In this document: positions 1 to 15,100 of the stretch, in pieces | How the letters are laid out: the number at the start of each line of letters is the position of its first letter | How positions within the stretch are numbered: the stretch's first letter is position 1 | From: Bugula neritina | Taxonomy: Eukaryota; Animalia; Bryozoa | Length of the DNA: 64,000 nucleotides | Assembly (NCBI GenBank): GCA_964035545.1 | Contig: OZ037766.1 | Coordinates: forward strand, 10,716,722 to 10,780,721 | Reading direction: 5' to 3' | Program-made: the position numbers and the translations under genes | The notes under the pieces: model-generated | The model's database searches: none | The model's input: only the letters and a program-made list of their open reading frames with translations | Told to the model about the DNA's origin: nothing

Positions 1-186
1 AAAAAGAGTCTAGAGGCAAAATTATAAACTTGATTAAAAAGATTAAGTTTTGTTTCCCACAAAACCTAACTAAATTCACTAAAACTAGAAGAGGGGACAA
101 TTTCCAATTAAGGCTTGAATTTCCAACCTAGACACTTAGAAGTATAATATAGGGAGAAAAAGAATAATATAATTGTATCAACCAAC

Positions 187-3100
187 TGTGAAATATCTTG
201 CTGAAGGAAATTATCCAGTGCTGCCTTGTATTTCAAATTGTTGGCCGTGAAGTTAAAACTAGCTTGGAGCGTAGGAAATATCGGGCCTCTGAAGCTTTGA
301 AGAGAAATGATGCCTTGTACCATTTCACCAGTGTGGTTTGCAAAAGCCACGTAATCAACAGCAATGTCTGTGAGGTTGTTATACACTAGACCTATAACCA
401 GTGGCTCAACCTACAATTAAAACAATATATACTAAGAAATCTTCAAACCTGATTAATTTATCATATAATTAAAATATCTATTTCATCAACTACAGTGTGA
501 ATTAAAAAATCAGCTCAAAATAGTTGAACACATAATTGATAGAGCATTGCATAGTCTAAAATATATCTTTTTATCCTTAATGGCTTGAATAGCCAAGTTT
601 CGCAACTTCTCTGAACAAGTTAGACTGAGGATAAAGCTTACAGCTTGAGTGACTGCCTTAGACACCCTATCCGTCTGCAACTCAGCTAGGAGTCCCTGAT
701 AGTCAGTCAGCCCGCAGAAGACCTCATCCACGACCTTGGCATCTGCCTCACTTTCAAACTCAACAAACTGAGATATAAAGAGATCTCTACAGTACACACG
801 TCCAGTCAAGTTCCTCGTAAACAGTTCAGTTGTCAGCTACAAAACAGATATATAAGATTACCAATTAATGTTTTCTACCAACACATTACACAGCCCATTA
901 GACATAGCGAGTATTCAGTGAAGCCAAACTTTTCTAGCATTAAAAATAATAAATCATCTGCCAATATTGTGGAAAATCTTCATTTCCTCAACTACTAATT
1001 TTTTCGAGTTTAGATTGTTTTTAACCAATTACTTTATAAATACTGGGACTTCCATTTCAAATCTTTATTTTGCTTGCAATAAGTTAACAAATATATGAAA
1101 CATCAAATTATCTTGTAAACACGCATGTTATAGGCCTTTGGGACTTAATGCTGTTGAAATGCAGTTCAAATGATAACGAGATAAGAGTATCACACTACGA
1201 CAAACATGCATTAAGAAAAAAATGCATTGTGGTACATAGAAATCAAAGTCTGCATCTTATCTTAGAGTCTTGTGATGGTTTACATTACACTAATCTTGTA
1301 AATACCTCTATTGTAGGTATTTATATTCAACCTAAGTAAACAATATCCAACCCATTCAATATATTATTGCACCATCAAAAAGAATTGGATCTATTCTTCT
1401 ATATCACTGGGCATGTGATAAACAACAGGTGTTACACTTTTTCACTTAGACAGTATCGCCAAATCAAACTAGGAATAATATTATGTATATTTGACAGTAT
1501 ACCTTCATAGGGTCAATAAGGGTATTGAATACTGTGTCCACAATAATAGGTGGCAGTCTATTCTGGTTAATGATGTATTCTCGAATCTTGGTAGAGTTCT
1601 CAAACAGAGTGTTTAATGTAAGGCCATTAGCTAAATGAATAACATATTATACAGAATAACATTGTTGTTAATAAAAACAACTGCATGTATGTACAGCACA
1701 TTAGAACTGCAAGTAGTCATCATCATAACACTAAATTCTGCTGCACCCCACAGTAAGATTAAGGCTTACTTGGAAACTTAATATACAAATCCGATATTGT
1801 TTCATCGTTTTATTGATATAAACAGTCTCCATTACCAATAAAATGCTTTTTGAAGGTAGGTAATTGCATAGCAAAAGTGTTTGCTTTATTTTGTTTGCTA
1901 TAAACAAATACAAAACTTTTTGTAAACCAAATTTTTAACCCTATTTAAAATTTAAATTAGTCTATATGGCATGGCAATATGTTAAACTGTTTTTCTGCAA
2001 CCAAACTGAATATCTTTCTCACTTTCTAATTGTAGTTTTTATGTTTTGCCCAAATGTGAACAAAGAGCAATGTGACTGGTGGTCACATGCTCTTTTGTAT
2101 TTCCAAGCCAATCAAATAAACCTTTCATTTTGTACATACAAATTCTTTAAATAGATGAATGATTCTCATACTTTCAATTCACACTCAACACTGAGAACAA
2201 AACACTATTGAAATCACAATGTAAACTATTAACAAAAGCAAAAACTGCGTGCAATAATTGCTTAATGCACATGAAAACACTCACGCAGCAATTTCGTGTA
2301 TGATTCCAATAAACAAGATGAAACCGTGCGCATAAAGCACCTACCAGCTATATCAGCATACTGATCGACTAGTTGAATGGACATAACATCGATTATGTTG
2401 AAAACGTGTTTCGCTATTCTCCATTCTGTAGTATTTTCAAACATTCCCTCTAACTGCTCCATTATATCTGGCATCATGCTGGACAGCCTAGATATCATAA
2501 ATATATATAGTAGCAACAGAGTTTTTAATATAAACAATATCTGTTAGCATGGGATCCTTTAATCCTGAATAAAGCCACTGTTGCCCACCTGCTCTACCAA
2601 TTAATAACATAGATATAAATTATTTTTCAATATTTATATGGGTTCAGTAAAATTAAACTCTAATGTTCCAACAATGTTAAAAAATAACTCATACTTGTAA
2701 AGTTTACACTTACTGGGTAACGCTGCCCTGTGACATCACCAAACCGATGGTCTCATTGATAAACTCCGCCCACTGCTGCCAGTCGTACTGTTGAAAGTGA
2801 GTAGCATAACGTTGTGAAGAGTCGATAGAGATTTGTGGGAGGTCTGTAAGCTGTTTGGACATTCTCACCCAATCAATGGTGGGGATTGGTGCGGCCGGGT
2901 TGAATATATTTCTGATCTGTATAAAAATCCATATATACATATTCACAGCTCTAAATAAAAAATGTTTACGGAATTTGACAGTTTAAGCACTGCAGTAGCA
3001 GGTCCTATCGAATACAAGTAATATAATAATATATAGTGAATAACATTCTACAGCTATTCTGTAGCTTGTCATTATAATTTTGGAGACACACAACCGTGAG

Positions 3101-6100
3101 CTCAAAACACTCTAAAACTATGAAAGAATAAAAACAGCTCTGAATATAAGATATGCTTTTTGTCGCTTACATAAGCCATGTATGCGTTGCTGTCGTAGAC
3201 ATCGAGCACCTCGGCATAGAGAGCATTGGCGAGATTCTCATCACAGATGTCTTTCTCGAGTTCGGCCATCGGTAAGGAGTCGAGAGCACCTTTCCCGTAA
3301 AACCAGTCTTTCAATGTTTGGTTGCAGTCCAGTTGTACAATATTCAGTGGATTACCGGAAACTACCAACTCCACAATTTTGTTCATCTGTGATAAAATAA
3401 ATGGTTGTTATGCATCATAAAAACATAAAGTAGGGAGACATATACGATTTATGCTGAATCTGTGACATCACAGTCAATTTTGATAGTAAATGTTTGTGAG
3501 TAGAAAACTCCTCTGATTTTAAAAATGAGTGTTTGCCAAATTATCTCAATGTTGTGCAGCCGATATAAACCAGGCCATTAAAAGTGTTTGACTACCAAAT
3601 GGGGTTGCCTAGCTAAACACTGTCATATTTTAGGGTATAGTTTAAACAGCAGTTTAGCATTAGCAAATATAGTAATGATGGCTATGATAGCAGTATTATC
3701 AAACTAGGGCAAAACCTTTAGCTGCCTTCAAAGTTAATGTCACAGCTATAATCAATCAATGTCAATAACCAACATTAGGGACAATTTAGCAGTGTAGAGG
3801 TTAGTATTAAATAAAGAGCAATGCCAGCAGCCTTGAGGCTTGAGTAAATACCACAGCAGCTTACAATATAGAGCTGGTATTACCTTTCCAGGATCTTGTG
3901 CTGCTTGAATAGTTAAAGAAAACTTCTCTGGTCCATATCTCAACATCCAGTCTAAGATTCTTCCTATTCTTGAGTTTCCTTCCACAATTAGATCTGGAAA
4001 AATATTAAGCATAACAGTAGTTCAAATTTAGAGAGAGAGCTTGGACCTCCCCCCACCTTTACAAGATCAATTTAGTTTGGAGCAGAGGCTAAAATGAAAT
4101 ATTAGATACAACATATTTTGTAGACAAAGAAGCTGATTGCTTGAAATAACAAGTGTCACATATCCCTTAGAAACCTGATGTTATTCAGTAAAGAAACAGC
4201 CTTCTAAATCATTTTAACTCTATAGTTAGCATACCTTGCTGTTTCTGCATGACATCTATAGCTTGCTGAATGGTATGGTCGAATATAGCAATGTAGGGAG
4301 CCATTTCCTTCCAACCAGCTGAGTCTTCCATTGCATCACCCAATGTATCCATGATAGGGGCCATGCTGATAAAACATACATCATGCTATTTATACGATAT
4401 GTATTCATCAAAACAACAGAGCATAGACTGTGCAGGAGATGTTTTTTGTTAGTATTTTACTGGAATAACTTAACTTAATTCATCAAACTAGAAGTTTAGA
4501 AATTTAAACCATTTACTCGGCTTTGTTTCTATTAACTAGTTTCACCTTTAACCTACTGAATAAAAACAACGAAAGTTGAGATATCATTACTAACAGGCAG
4601 GCTAAAAGTAAGTCAAAATAATGTAGCCATATGCTGCAGCTACAGCATTTAGATGCTAAATCTATGCTAAAGCTTTACAACAAGTTGTGGACAGTGCTTG
4701 CAGTCAGCATTACTACACGCTGATGTCAATTCCATTGTACATTGCAAAGTTGACAAGCGCAATGTAGGCTATAAATGTTCATAATATTTACTAGCTGCAG
4801 CAGCTCTCTTCATTGTGAATACAAATCAACTCATAATATCCAACTGTTGATTCACCAGCAGCTCAGGATGTCAGCTAATTATAGAATTTAATAGCTGATG
4901 TTAACAGAGGTTATTGACCATTTTACTCATTGTTTGTGGCTCTCCTGAAATTTGGCTCAATTACATGTACAGAGGCAACGACCCTTTGATGAGCTTTGAC
5001 TTAATTAATTCTACTTACATTGAATATGGAAGGACATTGATGTACTTTTGCCACCCAAAGTTGTTCATCAGCAGCTGAAGAGATGGCAGATTATAGAGTC
5101 TGGTATTCACTATCACGTCTGCGAGCATCTCGTTTATACTTTGCTGAGTCAGCAGCTGAGCGGAGAGAGAGGCAAAGCTGTCATATCCTGCAGTTTCCAA
5201 GCTGGCGGGGTTGGTAAACGCCTCGACCACTTTATCAATCTGCAAGTAATTGATACTCAACAAATATACCATATATTATATTATATTACATTACATTATA
5301 TTTTGCTTACATTATATTATATTATATATTGTAGGTATGTTTAGAGTGCTGAACACAGCCTTTTATTTCCAATAAGTTATTTAGAGAGTATAGAGTCAGT
5401 AGGCCTACTATCTGTGCCTGAACTCGTAAGTTAATCTACACTACACAAGCAATGCCTTGAGTGGGCAGCTCTGTGTCACTTACACTTAAGAAGTAGCAGT
5501 TTAGTGACGATGTGTGGTCATTTTAAGCTGCAAACTAGGCTACAGAAGTTTCAAATTAGGTTCAATAATATTTTAACAGCTTAAGTTCTGCAATTTTCTA
5601 AAAAAACTTTGATTTGGGGGGGCGGTTAAAATTTTTGTAATAATATAAATCTTTTCGCTACATTTTTTATCTAGAACACAGGCTCTTCCAAATTTCACCT
5701 CTAACCTCAGAATTATTAACATGTAAACAAATTTTATCGGATTCATGTTTTTGCACAATTTTAACTACATGAAACCATTTGTTCTCAAAGGCAGTAAATA
5801 AATTCCTAACAAAACTGTTAGTTCATAAGAAATAAAAATAATAATCAGTATAATAGGAGATACTGAGAAATATATATAGCTGCTACACCTTGTTTACAGA
5901 GAATACCCAAATGGCGCTTGTAACCAGCACACACAGGTATGCAGCTTGTCCTCAAAACACTGTAATTTGTCATATTATGTTATGTAAAAAGGCATCACAT
6001 GAGGGCATAAACAGATAAAAGCAGATGATACATTAGCACTAGCATTTCTAGCAACTATGTTGGAAATGTTAGCATGTGAGATGATAATGTTCTTGTGTTT

Positions 6101-9100
6101 GCAGAGGGTATAGGGTAGAATACATGAGTTATACGTTTACTGGGTCAGTGAGGAAAGCTAAACATAATAGACAGGTTGGCCAAAGTCTTCATGAAATTTG
6201 AAAACTTGAAATCAAACATGAAAATTATCACAACTAATAAACTTTAATCCCTAAATTAGAAACAGTTCAATAATTTTATACAAGTTACTGACAAGCTGGG
6301 CATGTATAGGAGGTGGTTGATTGATTGATAAGGTCAATAGCCATGTGTGGTTTACAATAAGCTCAGTCAAAAATAATAAAAATATGTAAGAAACTTTAAA
6401 ACCACAACTTGAAGCAATCATACATATTGAGCATTACACAGAGAGAGAATGCTGTATTTAACACTTACTTTATCTTGAATTTCAGCTCCAATTCTAGCCA
6501 TGTGATCTGGTAAACCTTGAGGCATCACAAATGTCTGGTTATTACAGAGAACAGAAAGAAGATTTTGTTCTAGAGTTGGGTTTAAAGTTACTCCAAGGAC
6601 ACCTGTTAAACACAAACACAATGCAGTGTACTTGTTTGACCTATATTTCCTTTGTAACTATATTATGTTGGTTATAATGTTGTAATATTAATGTAATGTA
6701 TATCATAACATAGTATGTATGTACTAGTCATGTGCTACATCAACAGTTATTCTTTTCACATGACACCTTCATAACCGTGGGTATTCTAACCACCAGTAAT
6801 TATCATCAGGATGGGAGTACTACAGCACTATACAGCACCCACACTATGTATAACTACACTAAACCAATGAGCAATGTAGCCCCTATGACACTTCAGTACT
6901 GCTATGCTTATTATATGCTTTATTTCATGTTTGAGCATACATTGTATTATTTTGGAAAGTGACAGAGCATAATATTATCGATTTACAAAATTATCACTCA
7001 ACATTCCAGGCTAAAAGAATCACAGCTGGCCTAGAGCGATGATAAAATATTGTAAACTGCACATATTTTTTAAACTTTGCTTCGGACACACTGTTATAGC
7101 ACATGCTGCTGTACCTGACAAGTCGTTACACAACTGTGTTGCGAATTCACTTGAATTGCGAAGCATAGCTCGCACATTTCTGGGTGACATCAGCCCAGCA
7201 GCCAGTAACTCCTGAGTAGCGGCGTCCATGTTAATGAACATGGCTACGAACTTCTCCACTTCATTGTGACTGAAATACTCATCAGCTGTCTTAATGGCCT
7301 CTGAAAAATATTGTTACAAGGTATCCCAGAATCCTCATTAAAACAATCACATTTTTGTCTCAAGTTTGCAACCATGACACCTTAGGCGTAGCACGGGTTG
7401 TGGCTAACTCACAAGGTGCCAATTGGCAAACCGAGTGACAGTAAAAGTTGAGTAAGATAAAGCCAATAGAATAAATTAATATAATTAGTATAACTCAGGT
7501 TATGTTACTAACCAATTGATAAGTTAAAGGTGTCCACTGCCAGTTCACTAAAAAGATTCTGGATGATCAATTGAGATCTGATATACGGCCATATTGGGGT
7601 ATTCCTGAGTATGGACTCCGCAAACTCTAGACCAGTTGATATTGACCTACATTCAGCATTGGAATCATCATCTCAAGATCAACTGTCAGTTACACCAACA
7701 AATACAATCAATTATAAGGTTGAGCAACATTATGTTTCCTCATAGTTACACCACTCATAAGGAAACACTGTTTCTTATTATGTTAAACACATATAACTTT
7801 CACTCACATACTAAAGACATGGGAGAGTAAATGGCCCCTAATAGAAGTAGCTGCAGTAATCAAGAAATTGAGAAAATCCTGTGTTTTAGATTAGAAACGT
7901 AGCATAAAAAGTTAAGTTCTTGGCGAGAATTTCAAACCTCGCCCTAAACAAAAATTTGATAATAAAATTAAAGAACTTAGGCTATCTCAATTTCTCCACT
8001 ACTGCTCCTAATTATTCAATAATAAAATGCATCAAGAAGACATTTGAATGACATACTGGTAAATTATTTGGGTAGTTGACATGGAGCCATTAGCCATGCC
8101 TGCAAATGGAGTTTGAAACATGTTGAATATTTGGGTTGGATCAACATTAATGAGGCGTTCTATGAGTGTAGCGTATTTCTCAAAGTATTCCTGGAGCCTG
8201 ACTATCAGGTCCACCAAATCCCAGCCCGTCTGCACAATACTAGTCCAGTCCAATGAGCCATCACCAATCGTACTGTTTGAATACTTAGCAAACTGTAAAA
8301 TAAAATGGTTGGCCTTCATCCATAATATGCGAAAAATACAATAAGTACAAACGAAAGAATTGTAAAACCATTCAAACTCATTGGAAATACATTATTATAA
8401 CACATCTAAAGCAAATTGAAATTGATTTCAAAGCACCCACGTGTCTGCTGTGACAAAATAAATGTAGCAACATTACGTTAATTTTGTTCCATCAAAATAG
8501 CTATTTATAAGAAGTTAAAATGGCTACTAAGAGCAAGTGATGAAGTCATGATATTATATTCTGTGTTTATTACTCCGTTTCTATTGCTCCACATTATGTG
8601 GAATGGATGTCAATGCGAATTGATGCTCATATGAATGAGTTTGTGGTTGTAGTTTGCATGAACTTATGGTTGTGGTTTCATTCGATGCACAGTTCCTAAA
8701 GACTGAATGAAAAAATCCATTCCCATAATGTAAAGCCTGGAACAAATGTATAAGAATTCATTGTAGACAGATTAAATCAGAAAGCTACCTCCTCCAGCAG
8801 AGTGGCAAAGTTGGTCTTGCTGCTGAGTTCATTGAGGAAGGCTTGGGCATCAAGCTGACAGTATAGCAGGGCAGTAGAGTTGATGACCTTGTTGAGTCTT
8901 GCCATATCCACATTGTCCGGGTAATCAAAGATATGGAAAAATGATTCAACAGCCCAGCATCCGGTTTCATTATTGCTGCTGATAATCGAATTCTGCCATT
9001 GCATCATCTAGAGTACAAAAATCCAATATTACGTAATATTGAACAGCTTATTATGTCACAATGCATGAAATTCATGGAAGATATTATGAAATATTAAACC

Positions 9101-12100
9101 GTTTATTGCTACATGCACAGAATACATTTCTTTAAAGGTGAATGAAATGAAAAATGATATGGAAATCCATCAGCTAGAATTGGCCCCACAACTTTATTAT
9201 ATAATCACTGCAAATGCTAATGTCCTAAGCATGGCTGAAATATTTTTAAGTCAGCCTGGGCAAATCACCTATCACCAAACCTTTGGCCAGTGAAACAAAC
9301 CTTTGTAAGCTGAATACTAGATTGTCCAAGTACATCTAGTAGGTATTCAGAATCTGTGAGAGTGGAATTGAATAAATCTAAAATGGTCTGTCCACCATCA
9401 GTGTACAAGTTGCCGAGAGAAATTTTCATGTCTAAAATGCAGTAAGACAGTAAGTAATATCATATTAAACTAATCATACTGCATTTTGGTACACATTATT
9501 CACTTATATTATTATAATAGTACAATAATTACGATAGTAGCTAATAATTATAATAGCATAATGTCTTATCATACCTAAATTGCACATGAATCATATTACA
9601 TACATGGGTATTCGATATTATATTTACAAACATTCAATATGTTTTTTATTGTAATATATATAACAACGATATGTCATTTATATATTCATGTAGATATATA
9701 AATTAGTATTTCATATCGCTATTTCCGTATTATATTATTACATATCATGATATATTTGATTGAGCAATATAGAAAATTTAGAACAGATTTAAATAAGCTC
9801 TACATATTTGCAAGTGTAAAGTTTATAGGTTACTTTGTGCTGCAACACAGAGTTTCCAAGATTTATAAACTTGAGATTTTACAGAAGTTTACTAGTGAAC
9901 AGCCATTGCCATAAGCTGGCCATTATGTGTGATTTATGGCACAAAATCCAACAAACAACATCAGATAAAAAGTTAGCAGTTCCTTATACTTTTAGTAAAC
10001 TACACAGATAGTAAAAAGCCCCCCTCCTACTTGTCTTGAAATATCTACCTGGTAACTTTTCTAATGTATTAGACACCCAGCTAATGGCTTTGTTGAGGTA
10101 CCATATTCCCCTTTTGATGTCTTGCCATACTTGACTGTTGCCTGTTATTCGGGTAATCAAGGGATCAAATTTCTCTAGTAGTTCACCAATTCTGTAAGAA
10201 ATGACACCATGGATACATAAAAAACACTGTGGATATAATACTGTGGATATAATTTCATAGACATGCCTCGAAACACAGAAATGGTCGGCTAATGCAATAT
10301 CCTTACATAATTATGTTGATTGTAAAATTTTCCACATTATATTACAGCAATAAAATTTCTTTCCTCATATCCAAGTTGCCAAACTATATGAGATAATATG
10401 ATAAGAGGGAGGAGTAGAGTAATTAAACTGTAAGCTAATGACTTAATGGGTTAGATTTTGGAACATCAATATGTCAAGTGCAATATTAAAAGTACAACAC
10501 TCAGGCAAATCACTATATTATACGAACAAATTTAAAATGTAAACTAGTAAAAAAATTTATATGGTAAAGAGTGCGTAGAAATATCCCACATAATATTGCA
10601 GGCAACTGAGCCTCTCATCCATTTACAAATTCTTTTCACCAGGAAACTAAACATGTAACAGTCCGTATCAGAAGAAAACTTGTCACTCATAATAATATAG
10701 TATCCTCTATAAAATTCCAATAACTACATAACTGATAAAAAGTTGTTGTTTCAGAAGTTTAATCTGACACTCGTGACACATCACATGTTTAGACTAAATA
10801 ACAGTAACAAAATAGTGCAATATAAATGTATAAAAACATTGCAAAGTGAGCAGTTGCAAGTCTTGAAAAGGTTCGACAGCAAATAATTATGAGAAATGAG
10901 ATCAAGCAGCTAAGATGACACACTGAATGGTGAAATATGGAGTAGATCAAAACGTAAAGTGGGGATATGTAGAGTTATGCTCACATTTCCGGGCTCACTG
11001 GCATTGAGGCAGTGACTTGTTTAACAAATTCCAGCGCCTGCATGGTGAAGTCTAGGGCATTCTTAATGTTGGGCAGTTCCCTGGCTAGGCCTTCAAAAGA
11101 TGAGAGCTTGCTGACAATAGTCAGCATTTCCTGGATGTCTGATACTATGACTCCGGCATCAGGTGTCAGTACAGTCAGCATCTTCTTAACCTACAATTGC
11201 ACGACTTGATATTAAATATGGTCATACTAAAGTCGCAACAATTTTTCTTTTAAGAAAATAAAGTTTCATCAATATGTAGGTCTGATTTTAATTTGCAATA
11301 AAAGCATGATTGTTAAATACAAATACTTTCTGCTTAGTGTAGTTTAATCCATACTTTGTTAGTGAAATATATAAAAAAATAATTAGCAGAAAACTGTTAA
11401 GATGGACAAAATAATTTGTAGCAGAATGGCTATAAAAACTTTTAGAAAATATTGATGCAAATAAATATATCTCAGAAAAATACTAAGAATAAAATTCTTT
11501 TCCTGTTTTGATCATCAAGTTTGCAGTTTTATACTTACTAATGATATTACAGCTGGAACATTGAGTTGCTGCTGAAGAAGGTCCAGGATTTGGGCTTTAG
11601 TGCTGGTGTCCAGCTGACAGAGAGCCTGGTTGAGAGCCGACAGCGAGACGGAGGAAGTGGCTGGCAGCACTATGTATTTACTAAGGTAACTGGTGTTGTT
11701 GTCAGTGCACAGTTCAGAGTTTAGGTCTTGAATGATCTGTGCTCCCTGAATAATATAGCATATAATATATTGATTAATATAATATTATATAACATATTGA
11801 TTAATATAATATTATTTGCCATATAATAATTTGATTAATATAATATATATAATATATTATATTACATATAGCATAATATTTTGAAAAATATGATATACAA
11901 ATATATCATATAATATATTAATAAATATAAGATAATATATTGATAAATATAATATATTATATAGCAAAAATATATGTAAATTATAGTATACATATACTAT
12001 CACATGTAATATAAGATACTAATGAATATAATTTATCCTATATTATTACATCTGATATATACAGATTAACCTAAGTCTTCAACATTAAAACTAATGCAAG

Positions 12101-15100
12101 GCTTAAATAAGCTATAGAATTTAGCAGTTGGAATACGAGGAATGTGAATGCCGGGAAGAATTGTTAAAATTTCAACAAAAATATTCTCAAATATAGAACA
12201 CTGAAGCTCTAACAATCTCCTGCTATACATGGAAACATCCAGAGCCATGTTTTTGGTTGCTTTTGACTCATATAGCTGATACCAACCTAGTGACAAAACC
12301 TAATTTGATGTTTTTCTGGCAAGTTTCTGCAAATGTTATTGATCACAAGATCAGTAAAGATTCCATACCTGGGTCAGGTTGACTGTGGAGTTTAATATAG
12401 TATCCACCAAATTGTCATCAATCCCAAATGACTTCACCAGACTGTTCTTCAAAGCCTCAGCATCTTTGAACAAATCTCTGGTCAAAAGGCCTCCAGTAAT
12501 ATCTACAAGTTATAAAAACATAAAACTAGTCCAATATCATTAGGATAGTGTAATAATAATGGTCAACAGCAAAAAACATAGCATAGGATACAACTATGAA
12601 AAATATGATAAATACATCCTTTAAAAACAAATCAAAAAAATATATAGAAATAATCCAATATAATAAATTGTGTTATATTATAATTTAATAAAAAGAATTG
12701 TATGACCAAGTGATATCAAAATTATATTACACAAATGTTCAATATAGCCAACACCCAATTAACCTTAAGACAGGGGAAAGATGCCTTCCCTCTATATAAT
12801 AGCTCGTGAGGATGAATCACTTATCAAAACCGGTTATTTGATTCCAATGATATTAATGTTGACAATAACCCTACGCTTTTCCATATCTGCAGGAAAATTG
12901 TGTGAACTGTATTGCGTAGGATAATCCTACAGGCTTAGCACCACGACCTATTGTTTATCTAAACACAGCTTACTGAGAAATTCTTCTATCTCTGGGGTTT
13001 CCTCCAAGGTGATGGAGATTTGCTGGAGGGCTGGCGCCGCTTTCTCTACGCCAACAGATAGTTGAGTGAACAGAGATTGACTAGACTTGAGGGTGTCCTC
13101 TATGCTCTTCAAGGCACCGGTTCTCAGTCTATATTAAGATACGACACCATACACTTCATCTACACAGCAACACCTACACTTCATCTACACAACACCTACA
13201 CTTTATCTACACAACACCTACACTTTATCTACACGATAGTAGCTACACTTTATCTACACAACACCTAGACTTTATCTACACGATAGTAGCTACAACAACA
13301 TATTCCAGGTAGTTAATCTTGCTGGGCTGGGTGCAGAGACAAAACTTGCCAGCAAGAAGGATTAGAGAGTAGCCTATATATCATAATCAAAACCTCAATA
13401 ATAAAATTTTTTCCTAGTTTGGGATTAAAATTTGTGCCAAAAAAACTTAGTTTATATGGAGAATTTTATGGAAAGCAGCAGTTTAATTCTGTTAAATGAA
13501 AGCATATGCCTTATAGTCATTCCCAATAATAATAATATTCATTGCAAGCTATGTTATATAGTTTCAATAAGTTGCAATTGAATGACATGTTATAAGTGCT
13601 ACTATAGTGAAACATATCACTGTTTTCATAACAGAAAAGGTTGTAAGGAAGGTTTAACACTCAATACTGAAATTATCAGCTTAATAGGCCTACAGTTGAA
13701 GCTGTTAATATTGTCACTTGTGATCTTTGACCTAAGACTGGCCTTGAAACTTTATGAATACTTATAAAATAAATAACAGTCTTCCACTTTAACCTTTTCA
13801 TAAAGCTTAAAAACTAGTATTAGTAAAACATCAGAATGTACAATGGAAAACTTGGTGAATAACTACAGTTACACAGTCTATAGCTGAGTATAGATGTAGG
13901 AGGAAATTGGCTATAGAATATATTGTACTTTGTAGTGCTAGTCCATTTAGAGTTTAGACTCAAAATATTCGCTGTTAGCAGATGATAAGCTGGGTGGGGT
14001 ATACTAATAACCCACCAGCAGTTTGACAAGTGCTCACACTACTTAATAGGTTTTCATGTTCATAGAAATGGCCCAATAACAATTGGCAATCCATGACATC
14101 ATATATTGAACAGTTGATTGTGATGCAAAATAGGTTTACTTTACATTGTTGAAGGGCAGGTGTCCATTATTTGAAACACCTGAATATAGCTAGCCAATAA
14201 TATTAAAATAATAATAATAATATAATTTTAGTATAACACGACCTTCAAAACAAAAATTCACACAGGTGTCTTGCAAATATTTATAATTTTGAAAATAGAA
14301 AATGATGAATTATTAATTATGAGCAATTTTAATGGCCGTCTAATTCAAATAACAATCATTTAATGAGTTGCTGGTTTCTAACTAACGATAACATTTTTGT
14401 AGTTATAATCTAGATTTTAGAAGTAGCCCAGTAGTTGACATGGTTTGGAATAAATACTAAACAATAGCATACTAATTAAATATTTGTTTTAACCAATAAC
14501 AGTATTAACTGTCTTTGAACACCTGGTACAATAAAAATAATATGTTATTAGCCTTTTAATTGCATAGAAAAGGTGATCACGAATATCAGTAAGGCTGATG
14601 ACTATTAGTATAGGTCATAGGGCATCAAATGTTCCTAACATTGAAATCTATGGAATAAATATCTAATATGCCCTGGTGTAGACCACAGGATACTAAATTA
14701 AATAACTAGTGTTCACTCCATTGTATTAGTAGTATAAAGTTTAGTCATAGTATAGTCATGTACAGTGTAGTTATATTATAGCAATTAGTGTATGTGTAGC
14801 TATAGTGTTAGTAATGTATAGTGGAGTTATATAATGAGCAAAGTACGCAATATAGTCAAGTGAGTAGGGTATATATGTAGTAATAGTGTTAGTCATGTAC
14901 AGTAAAGTCATATTATAGTGATCAGTATATCCAGTCATAGTTATAGACATGCGTAGTAAGTAGAGTTATACTATAGTGATCAGTGTATCCAGTCATAGTT
15001 ATAGTCATGCATAGTAGAGCTATATTATAATTATCAGTGTATTCAGTTTCCATTGGGTTACCTTGATTGAACAAGAACTTCAGGATCTTGATCATTTATA

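Noticed and set aside
12800-12835. Hammerhead/Penelope-like motif (gtgaggatg...atcaaaac)
   Set aside because: Lacks the exact CTGANGA and GAAA core, and I could not build convincing stems.
13300-13373. Possible extra ABCA exon
   Set aside because: In-frame TAA in the required phase, and the flanking exons join in frame without it.
14144-14179. Possible small ABCA exon with AG/GT ends
   Set aside because: Stop codon in the required phase.
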